Origin: Candidatus Limnocylindria bacterium
Lineage (GTDB): Bacteria > Chloroflexota > Limnocylindria > P2-11E
Direction of reading: 5' to 3'
Length of the DNA: 64,000 nt
Assembly: GCA_035699805.1 (NCBI GenBank)
Contig: DASSPF010000133.1
Span: 9,659 to 73,658, forward strand
In this document: positions 9,642 through 17,338 of the stretch, in pieces
Layout of the letters: each line of letters opens with the position of its first letter
Numbering within the stretch: the stretch's first letter is position 1
Made by a program: the position numbers and the translations under genes
Notes under the pieces: model-generated
The model's input: only the letters and a program-made list of their open reading frames with translations
The model's database searches: none
What the model was told of the DNA's origin: nothing

Positions 9642-11224
9642 GAGCCCTCCACGACCCGGCCGGCGGCGCGCAGCGCGGCCGCGCCGACGTCCGTCACCAG
9701 GCTGAACCGGCCGATGCGCCGCGGTAGCACCCAGCGCACCTTGCCGGCACGCACCTTCTTATCACGAGCGAGGAGCGTCCAGGCGGCCGGCGGGATACGC
9801 CCTCTCACTGGAAGACCCGCCTTGGTGAGCAGCCGTTCCACGTCGGCGCGCAGCGCGACCGGCGCGAGGCCGAGCCGCTCCGCGAGCGCGCACGCGTACA
9901 CCATCCCGAGCGCGACGGCCTCGCCGTGCGTGACCCGGTAGCGGCTGGCCGCCTCGTAGGCATGACCCATGGTGTGTCCGAAATTCAGGAGCGCGCGGAG
10001 CCCATGCTCCAGCGGGTCGGCCGTCACGACGCTCGCCTTGACCTCCACCGCAAGCGTCACCGCGGTGAGCGTCGGACCGAGCGCACCCGCGAGCACGCCG
10101 GGGATGGCGCGCTCGACGTGCGCGACCGACTCGCGGTCGACGAGGAACGCCGTCTTGATGACCTCGGCCAGGCCCGCCGATCGCTGCCGGCGCGGCAGCG
10201 TGGCGAGCGCGACGGGGTCAACGAGCACCGCCGCCGGCGAGTGGAAGGCGCCGACGAGGTTCTTCCCGGCCGCGATGTCGATGGCCGTCTTCCCACCGAT
10301 CGAGGCGTCGACCATGGCCAACAGCGTGGTGGGCACCTGGACCACGGGGACCCCCCGCAGGTAGGTCGCCGCGGCGAAACCCGCGGCATCGCCGATCGAG
10401 CCGCCACCCAGGGCGACCACACCACCGTCCCGGCCGATGCCGGCTTCGGCGAACGCGTGCCAGAGCGACGCCACCGCGCCGATGGTCTTCGCCGCCTCGC
10501 CCGTCGGCGCCGGCACGACGGTGACATCGAGGCCGGCTCCCACGAGCGACGCGCGAACGCGGCCTGCCAGGCGCGCACCGGCGGTGGGCTCGGTGACCAG
10601 CGCGACCCGGCCGGTCCAGCCCAGCTCGGCCACATACGTCCCGACGACGTCGAGCAGGCCCGCGCGGATGACGATCGGCGCGCGCCGCTCTCCCACGTCC
10701 ACGCGCAGGCCCCGGCTCGCGGCGAGCCACGCGACGATCGCGTCCGCGGTCTCGTCGGGCGACGCGCCGCCCACATCGAAGGTGACGTCGACGTCGCGAT
10801 ACGCGGCCTTGCGCTCGGGATCGCTCAGTGCGTGCCGGGCCCGATCGCGCGGCGAGAGCGATTGGTCCGGCCGCTTGGCCATGGTCGCGGCGATGCCCGC
10901 GGTGACCCGCGCGAGCGGTGCCCGCAGACCCACGATCAGCCCGAGCTCGCGCATCCGCTTGCGGTTCTCGGTGCGGAGCGGCGTGCCTCCCCCGGTGTCC
11001 ACGACGCACCACGCCGGTGTCGCCGGAAGCCCGTGCAGCGCGCGCGACTCCAGATCGCGAAAGCGCTCGATGCCGTCCTGCTCGATGGTGTCCTTGTTGG
11101 ACTTGCGCGCCCGCCGCTCCACGGCGCGATCGATCTCGAAGACACTGGCGGCGAGGCGCGTCGCGAGCACGGGGGCGAGGGTGCTCTTGCCGATCCCCGG
11201 CGGACCGACGAGGAAGATGTACAC
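9638..11224 (-). CDS. aroKB: Bifunctional shikimate kinase / 3-dehydroquinate synthase (AroK-AroB fusion)
   Basis: A single uninterrupted frame. The N-terminal third has a shikimate-kinase Walker A (VYIFLVGPPGIGKSTL). The C-terminal two thirds is a dehydroquinate synthase (GGGSIGDAAGFAA, NFGHTMGHAYE). The start is the GTG at 11224, preceded by the aroC stop and followed by VYI. Confidence 0.8.
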   Translation of the reverse strand: MYIFLVGPPGIGKSTLAPVLATRLAASVFEIDRAVERRARKSNKDTIEQDGIERFRDLESRALHGLPATPAWCVVDTGGGTPLRTENRKRMRELGLIVGLRAPLARVTAGIAATMAKRPDQSLSPRDRARHALSDPERKAAYRDVDVTFDVGGASPDETADAIVAWLAASRGLRVDVGERRAPIVIRAGLLDVVGTYVAELGWTGRVALVTEPTAGARLAGRVRASLVGAGLDVTVVPAPTGEAAKTIGAVASLWHAFAEAGIGRDGGVVALGGGSIGDAAGFAAATYLRGVPVVQVPTTLLAMVDASIGGKTAIDIAAGKNLVGAFHSPAAVLVDPVALATLPRRQRSAGLAEVIKTAFLVDRESVAHVERAIPGVLAGALGPTLTAVTLAVEVKASVVTADPLEHGLRALLNFGHTMGHAYEAASRYRVTHGEAVALGMVYACALAERLGLAPVALRADVERLLTKAGLPVRGRIPPAAWTLLARDKKVRAGKVRWVLPRRIGRFSLVTDVGAAALRAAGRVVEGS

Positions 11225-11226
11225 GG

Positions 11227-12375
11227 CTAGCCGCGCTGGTCGATCGGCCCGAGGCGTGCCCGGTAGCGCTCGACCGCGACGCGCAGGTCGTCGGCGTTGT
11301 CGGAACCGAACTTCTCGCACAGGGCGTCGGCAAGAACGAAGGCGAGCATCGCCTCCGCCACCACGCCCGCGGCGGGGATGACGCACACGTCGCTCCGCTC
11401 CACGTGGGCCGGCGCGGGCGCGCCGGTGCGGAGGTCCGCCGACGGCAGCGGCTTCATGAGCGTGGAGATCGGCTTGAAAGCGACGTCCACCAGGATGTCC
11501 TCACCGTTGGTCATCCCGCCCTCGAGGCCGCCGGCGCGGTTGCGGGTGCGGACGAACCGTCCGTCCTCCACCGCGATCGGGTCGTGCACCGCGCTCCCCC
11601 GCTCGTGTGCTGCCGCGAACGCGTCCGCGAACTGGATGCCCTTCGCGCTCTGGATCGACAGCAACGCCTGCGCGATCCGGCCGTCGAGCCGGCGATCCCA
11701 CTGCGCGGTCGTGCCGAGGCCGGGGACCACACCGCTGGCCCGCAGCGCCACGACGCCACCCAGGGTGTCGCCGGCATCGCGCGCCGCGGCGATCGCCGCG
11801 ACCATCGCTCGCGCGCGCTCCGGATCAGCGCAGCGCACCTCGCTCGCCTCCACCGCCCCGGTCTCGAACCGCGGCTCGCTCACCACGTCGCCGATCGCGC
11901 GCGTCTCGCTCATCACGGCCATCCCCACGAACCGCAGCAGCGCCTTGGCGACAGCCCCCGCGGCCACACGCGCCGCGGTCTCGCGTGCGCTCGACCGCTC
12001 GATGACGTCGCGGACGTCCTCGTGTCCGAACTTCAGCGCACCCGCGAGGTCGGCGTGCCCCGGACGCAGCCGCGTCACCGGGGCGGGCGGGTCGGGCACG
12101 GGCGCGACGCTCATCACGCGCTCCCAGTTCACGGCGTCACGGTTGGGGATCTGCAGCGCGATCGGCGCCCCCGTGGTGCGGCCGTGGCGCACGCCGGCGC
12201 TGATGAACACCGCGTCGCGCTCGATGCGCTGGCGCGCGCCGCGCCCGTACCCCAGCTGGCGTCGGTGGAGGTCGGGGTCAATGTCCGCCGCGGAGAGCGG
12301 CAGCGCCGCAGGGACGCCATCGATGATCGCCACCAGACCGGGACCGTGCGACTCGCCCGCGGTGAGCAGTCTCAT
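11227..12375 (-). CDS. aroC: Chorismate synthase
   Basis: Start trimmed to MRLLTAGESHGPGLVAIIDGVPA. Full chorismate-synthase length, with an ATGA overlap onto aroE. Confidence 0.85.
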   Translation of the reverse strand: MRLLTAGESHGPGLVAIIDGVPAALPLSAADIDPDLHRRQLGYGRGARQRIERDAVFISAGVRHGRTTGAPIALQIPNRDAVNWERVMSVAPVPDPPAPVTRLRPGHADLAGALKFGHEDVRDVIERSSARETAARVAAGAVAKALLRFVGMAVMSETRAIGDVVSEPRFETGAVEASEVRCADPERARAMVAAIAAARDAGDTLGGVVALRASGVVPGLGTTAQWDRRLDGRIAQALLSIQSAKGIQFADAFAAAHERGSAVHDPIAVEDGRFVRTRNRAGGLEGGMTNGEDILVDVAFKPISTLMKPLPSADLRTGAPAPAHVERSDVCVIPAAGVVAEAMLAFVLADALCEKFGSDNADDLRVAVERYRARLGPIDQRG

Positions 12376-13202
12376 GTCCGCACCTCCGCTCGCGCCGGAC
12401 GGGGCAGGGCCGCGGCCATGACGCCAAGCGGCGCCTCGCGTCCGGTCCACAGCGTGAACGACCGCGCCGCCTGGTGCAGGAGCATCGCCAGACCGTCGAC
12501 GGTGCGCCGCCCTGCGGGCGCGTCCTCAGTCCGTGCGCGAAGGCAGAGCGGCGTCTCGGCAGCGGTGGGAACCAGGTCGATGACCACGGACGGCAGACGC
12601 GCCACCCCGGCGTCGGCCGCGGCGTCCTCCCCGTGCAGCCCGAGCGGTGTCGCGTTCACCAGCACGTCGATCCCCTCCAGGCCGGCGACAGCGGACCACG
12701 CCACGGCCGTCGCGCGCGGATCCGGCCCCAGGACCGTCGCGATGACCGAAGCGGCCTGGGCGGGCCGGCGGCTCGCGATGACGAGCTCGTTGCCATGGGC
12801 GAGCTCGGCCACGACGGCGCGTGCGGCGCCCCCCGCGCCGAGCACGAGGACGCGGCAACCCACCGGCCGCGGGGCGATCGCCTGCGCGAAGCCGGCGCGA
12901 TCGGTGTTCTCTCCGACCAGACGGCCCGCACGGCGGACGATCGTGTTCACCGCCCCGATCGCGCGCGCATCCGCGCCGGTCTCGTCCATGGATCGCAGTG
13001 CGGTCTCCTTGTGCGGGACGGTCACGTTCGCGCCCAGCCACTCGTCCCCGCGAAGCGCATCGATCGCGGCCGCGAGCCGGTCCGCCGTGACGTCGCGGAC
13101 CTCATAGGAGTGCGGGAGGCCCAGCGCCGCGAATGCGGCGTTGTGCATGGCCGGCGAGAGCGAATGCGCGACCGGATGACCGAGCAGCGCCACGCGTGCC
13201 AT
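12372..13202 (-). CDS. aroE: Shikimate dehydrogenase
   Basis: 276 aa (LLGHPVAHSLSPAMHNAAF, GAGGAARAVV, NATPLG). Confidence 0.8.
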   Translation of the reverse strand: MARVALLGHPVAHSLSPAMHNAAFAALGLPHSYEVRDVTADRLAAAIDALRGDEWLGANVTVPHKETALRSMDETGADARAIGAVNTIVRRAGRLVGENTDRAGFAQAIAPRPVGCRVLVLGAGGAARAVVAELAHGNELVIASRRPAQAASVIATVLGPDPRATAVAWSAVAGLEGIDVLVNATPLGLHGEDAAADAGVARLPSVVIDLVPTAAETPLCLRARTEDAPAGRRTVDGLAMLLHQAARSFTLWTGREAPLGVMAAALPRPARAEVRT

Positions 13203-14374
13203 CAGCGGTTCCCGTACTTCACACGGTTCGCCTCGTGCTCCTCGAGCGTCTTGGCGAAGACGTGCTGCCCCGTGCCGTCGCTCTTCGCGACGAAGAAGAG
13301 ATAGTCGTGCTCGGCCGGCTTCGCCGCGCCCTCCAGCGCCGCCTGCCCCGGATTGCAGATCGGGGTCGGCGGGAGGCCCGCGTTCCGGTAGGTGTTGTAC
13401 GGGGAATCGAGCTTGAGATCCTCGAGCGAGAGCTCACGCCAGTCACCGAGCGCGTACTGGATCGTCGGGTCGGCGTCGAGCTTCATGCCGATCCGCAGGC
13501 GGTTGGCGTACACCCCGGCGATCGCGGCGCTCTCGGAACGGTCGCGCGCTTCGCGCTCGACGATCGACGCGAGCTTCACCAGGTCGTACACCGTCGTGTT
13601 CCGCTGCGCGGCCGCGCTGCGGAGCGCGGGGCCAGAGCGCAGCTCGAACTGCGCGAGCAGCACGTCGACGATCTGCGCCGCGGTCGTCTCCGGCCGCAGG
13701 AAGTACGTGTCCGGGAAGAGGAAGCCCTCGAGGGACGTCTTCGCACCCAGGCCCGCGAGGATGCCGTTCTTGCGCTCGCCGACCACCGCGGCGCTGATGA
13801 ACGAGTCGCTCGAGATCTTGGGGAACGCCTTCTGGACCGCTGCCGCGATCTCCGTGAGCCGCCAGCCCTCGATGAGCCGGAGCACCACCTGATCGCCCGG
13901 CGCCTTCTCGAAGAGTCGGGCCAGCTGGCGTGGGGTGAGGCCGGGGGACACCTGGTAGGTGCCGGACTGGAGGGCGCTCTCCTTCCCGTTCTCGTAGAGC
14001 ACGAACACGAATGCCAGCGCCGAGCGCAGGACGCCCTCCGCGACCAGACGCTCGGCGATCTCACCAGCGGTCTCGCCCCGCGCGATGACGAACGGTCGCG
14101 TCTCGCCGCGCACGTCCTTCGCAAGATCGACCTCGCCGCTCACGCGGCCGGCCACGATCGAGCGGACGAAGTCCTGGCGAAGGAGCGTGTGGTGCTCGGT
14201 CACATAGGCGATGACCGCCTCCTCGGCGAGGGGCCGCGCGATGGCCACCGCCGCCACGGCGGCGATCGCGACGGCGATGAGGAAGACGAGTGGGCCCGAC
14301 GACGACCGCGGCCGCGGCGGCCGGGCGCGCGATGAGACCCGCGGCTGGGGACCGCGCGGCGCGGGACTGCTCAT
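13202..14374 (-). CDS. mltG: Endolytic murein transglycosylase MltG (YceG family)
   Basis: N-terminal TM helix followed by a YceG-like domain (RLRIGMKLDADPTIQYALG, LDSPYNTYRNAGLPPTPICNPG). In the conserved position after ruvX. Confidence 0.8.
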   Translation of the reverse strand: MSSPAPRGPQPRVSSRARPPRPRSSSGPLVFLIAVAIAAVAAVAIARPLAEEAVIAYVTEHHTLLRQDFVRSIVAGRVSGEVDLAKDVRGETRPFVIARGETAGEIAERLVAEGVLRSALAFVFVLYENGKESALQSGTYQVSPGLTPRQLARLFEKAPGDQVVLRLIEGWRLTEIAAAVQKAFPKISSDSFISAAVVGERKNGILAGLGAKTSLEGFLFPDTYFLRPETTAAQIVDVLLAQFELRSGPALRSAAAQRNTTVYDLVKLASIVEREARDRSESAAIAGVYANRLRIGMKLDADPTIQYALGDWRELSLEDLKLDSPYNTYRNAGLPPTPICNPGQAALEGAAKPAEHDYLFFVAKSDGTGQHVFAKTLEEHEANRVKYGNR

Positions 14375-14757
14375 GAGCGGCGCGCGTGTCCTCTGAAGAA
14401 GTCCTCGAGCAGCACGACCGCGGCGCCGGCGTCGAGGTCGGTCGCGCCCCGCGCCTGGGCCTCCGCGGTCGTGAAGCGCTCGTCGGCGAGGTGGATCGGG
14501 CGGTCGAGCGTGCGCGCGGCGTCCGCAAAGCGGCGCACGCGCTCGGCCTGGTGGGCGACCTCGCCCTTGAGGTTGAGTGGCAGCCCGATCACGATCGCGC
14601 CGACGTCCTCCTTCACGACGATCTCCCGCAGGGTCTCCAGGTCGGCGGCGATGCCACGCCGCCTCAGCGTACGAAGCGGACGCGCGAGTCCGAACGCCTC
14701 ATCACCCACCGCGAGGCCGATCGTCCGGTCACCGACGTCGAGCGCAAGATACCTCAC
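14371..14757 (-). CDS. ruvX: Holliday-junction resolvase-like RNase RuvX/YqgF
   Basis: Start trimmed to a GTG (VRYLALDVGDRTIGLAV...). RNase-H-like YqgF motifs. The start lies 3 nt after the upstream stop. Confidence 0.75.
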   Translation of the reverse strand: MRYLALDVGDRTIGLAVGDEAFGLARPLRTLRRRGIAADLETLREIVVKEDVGAIVIGLPLNLKGEVAHQAERVRRFADAARTLDRPIHLADERFTTAEAQARGATDLDAGAAVVLLEDFFRGHARRS

Positions 14758-14759
14758 GG

Positions 14760-16253
14760 TCAGGGCGAGGCCGCGGCGGGGGCGTCGCTCTCGATCTGGA
14801 TCCGCGAGTCGAGCAGCGGCAGGCGTGGCCACCAGCCTGGCCACGTGCTGACGCGCACCAGGCGCAGCCCGCGGCCCGAGACGATCTGCTCCACCTCCTC
14901 GAACGGGCGGCCGGCGAGCGCGGCGCGGATCGCCGCCGCATCGAGGCGGCGGAACTGCGAGGCGCGCGCGCGGACGCGCCAGTGCACGCCATCATCCTCG
15001 ACCGTCGGGGCGCCCACGATGTCGACGACCGCGCCGCGCGCGTCGATGTCATGCCCGGTGTCGGCCTCCTGCTGCAGCCGCGCGATGGCCGTCGTGCGCG
15101 GCTCGGTCGACGGGACGCTGTACCCGGTGGCCGTCCCCGTCGCGACCAGATCGAAGCTGGTCTCACCCACCTTCAGCTCCTTACCCACGACCTCGGCGGC
15201 AGCGGTGAGTCCGGTCCGCTTCACGACCACGCCGTAGATCGTCTGTCCGGCCGGCGCGGTCCGCTTCCAGACCTCGACCTGCGCGTCCGCCTGCGTGCGC
15301 AGCTCACCGTCGGCACGCGACGCCGCGAGCTCGTAGTCCGCCAGCTGCACGATCGGGATCTTCTTGGAGTCGCCGCCGCTGGTGGGCTCGGGATTCTCGA
15401 CGCTGTACTGGCTCGGGTTGGGGCTGACCACGATGCGCCGGGCTCCCACGTTGCCCGACGGGCCTGGCGCCACGGCCTCGATCGGGATGTCGACGCGCCC
15501 GGCGGTGATGCTGGGCGGGAAGATGACGAACGTCGTCCGCGGCAGCGTCTTGTCCTCGGTCGTCTGGAACGCGATGTTGTCCGACGTCTTCACGATGGTG
15601 CCGCGGGGGATGCGGATGTCCGAGGTGGTCAGGTTGGTGAAGCGCTCCACGCCCTTCGCCTTCGTCTCCTCCAGGCGCGAACCGGTCGCGGTGCCGGTGA
15701 ACCGCGCCGTGATGGCCGACGGCCCCTGCGTCGTCGCGTCGATATCACCGCTCGGGCCGGCACGGAGGTCGTACTCGCGCGGACCCAGCGGCTGCGAGAT
15801 CGGCGCCACCACCACGGTCGCGGTGGGTGCGAGCACGGCGAAGAGCACCGCGGCCGCGGCCAGGAGCGCCAGGAACGCCGCGCCCACGCGCACCGGCGAG
15901 GTCCGGCGTGGCTCGGCGGCCACGATCGCCGCGCGGCGGACCGGCCCGAGCGGCTCGGTGGCGTCGAGCTCGTGCCGCTCGAGCGCGGACACGCTCGCGA
16001 AGGCCGGCATGTGCACCGACGTCGCGAGCGATCGGGCGCGCGCTTCCGGCGTGACGAGCGCGACCCGCCTGGCGCCCGCCGCGCGCCGCATGACCTCGAG
16101 GAAGATCGGGCTGCGCAGGACCGGCGCACCCGCCGCGACCGCGAGCACCAGCTCGTCGTCGGCCGGCGCGGCTTGGATGCGATCGATGGCGTCCAGGACG
16201 GTCGCCCGCGCGCCGAGGTCGATCACCGTGCGTCCGCCGATGCGCGCGCTCAC
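14760..16253 (-). CDS. Hypothetical bitopic membrane protein: cytoplasmic domain of about 120 aa, one TM, and a large Thr/Pro/Gly-rich extracytoplasmic beta-rich domain
   Basis: 497 aa. Hydrophobic helix RVGAAFLALLAAAAVLFAVLAP. Coding-like composition throughout, with no recognisable catalytic motif. It is translationally coupled to ruvX downstream and to the PilM-like gene upstream. Confidence 0.6.
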   Translation of the reverse strand: MSARIGGRTVIDLGARATVLDAIDRIQAAPADDELVLAVAAGAPVLRSPIFLEVMRRAAGARRVALVTPEARARSLATSVHMPAFASVSALERHELDATEPLGPVRRAAIVAAEPRRTSPVRVGAAFLALLAAAAVLFAVLAPTATVVVAPISQPLGPREYDLRAGPSGDIDATTQGPSAITARFTGTATGSRLEETKAKGVERFTNLTTSDIRIPRGTIVKTSDNIAFQTTEDKTLPRTTFVIFPPSITAGRVDIPIEAVAPGPSGNVGARRIVVSPNPSQYSVENPEPTSGGDSKKIPIVQLADYELAASRADGELRTQADAQVEVWKRTAPAGQTIYGVVVKRTGLTAAAEVVGKELKVGETSFDLVATGTATGYSVPSTEPRTTAIARLQQEADTGHDIDARGAVVDIVGAPTVEDDGVHWRVRARASQFRRLDAAAIRAALAGRPFEEVEQIVSGRGLRLVRVSTWPGWWPRLPLLDSRIQIESDAPAAASP

Positions 16254-17338
16254 TCTTCGTACAGTCCGGCAGCGATCGCCGCCGCGCCCACGGCCACCAG
16301 GTCGTCCGAACGCAGGGGCACGTCGCCGTAGACCCGCGTCGCCGACCCGACACCGAGCGGAGCGATGTCGACGGCGTCACCGCGGATCTCCCCCGCCGCC
16401 TTCGCGAGCGCGGATGGCAGCGCGAGGAGCGACTCGGGGACGCCGACGAAGATCCAGCGACCGGGTGGTGGGCCGTCCAGACCACGCAGCGAGACGATCA
16501 CGCAGTCGGCCCACACCCGCGCATCCCCTTCCGCGGCCGATCGGGCGAGCAGCCCGGCACGGCCGAGCGCGAACACGCGCGTCGCGACGACACGCCCCTC
16601 GCGCAGGATGGCCAGCGACGTGGCATCGGGCCCCAGGCGCACGACGCCCGCATCGGTGATGCCCGACGCGGCGAGCAGCCGTCCGAGCGAATACGCGCCC
16701 GAAACGACGTTGCCCCGCCGGCGAGCGGCCTCGAGCGTGGCGGTGGCCGCACCGGTGATCACCAGCGGCGCGATGGTCACGTCCGTCCACACCTCGACGA
16801 GACGGCCGCGATGCCCGGCCAGCGAGCGCAGCCCTCGACCGTCGAGGGCGAGCGCGGCGACGTCATCGTGCAGCTGGGCCGTCGGCACGCCGCGAAGCGC
16901 CGCATCCTCCTCGGTCGCCGCGGCCGCGCGTGTCGTCGCATCCGCCGTCGCCTCCCGCACGGCGCGTGATTCCTCGCCGGCGCTCACGGGTGCCCGCGAG
17001 TCCTCACGCTCGAACGCCGTGAGCACGTGGAAGGTCCGCATGTCGTCGCTGTCGACGGCAAGGGCGATCCGATCGGACCGCTGCACCTGTTCCGCCTGCG
17101 CGAGCGCGGCGCGGAGCGCCTCGGCGGCGGCGCCACGATCGGCCACCAGCCCACCGCTGACCGCCGCGTCGGGCAACGCGGACTCCCCGCGGCCGAGGAC
17201 ACGCAGCCGCGAATCCTCGCGACGCGCCACGACGACGCGTGCGACGCCCGAGGAGAGCTCCGCCCCGGCCACCGCCGGTCCGCGCTGGGCCGTCGGCCGC
17301 GCGTCGCGGGCGTGGGTGACGGGTCTAGTTGCGGTCAC
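16250..17338 (-). CDS. Actin-like ATPase-fold protein (FtsA/PilM-like), probably degenerate
   Basis: 362 aa. N-terminal sugar-kinase/actin-like strand pattern (VARVVVARREDSRLRVLG...) and a C-terminal GVVRLGPDATSLAILREGRVVATRVFALGRAGL, resembling the second phosphate-binding repeat of FtsA/PilM but without a canonical DxGxxT motif. The call is by pattern only. Confidence 0.5.
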   Translation of the reverse strand: MTATRPVTHARDARPTAQRGPAVAGAELSSGVARVVVARREDSRLRVLGRGESALPDAAVSGGLVADRGAAAEALRAALAQAEQVQRSDRIALAVDSDDMRTFHVLTAFEREDSRAPVSAGEESRAVREATADATTRAAAATEEDAALRGVPTAQLHDDVAALALDGRGLRSLAGHRGRLVEVWTDVTIAPLVITGAATATLEAARRRGNVVSGAYSLGRLLAASGITDAGVVRLGPDATSLAILREGRVVATRVFALGRAGLLARSAAEGDARVWADCVIVSLRGLDGPPPGRWIFVGVPESLLALPSALAKAAGEIRGDAVDIAPLGVGSATRVYGDVPLRSDDLVAVGAAAIAAGLYEE

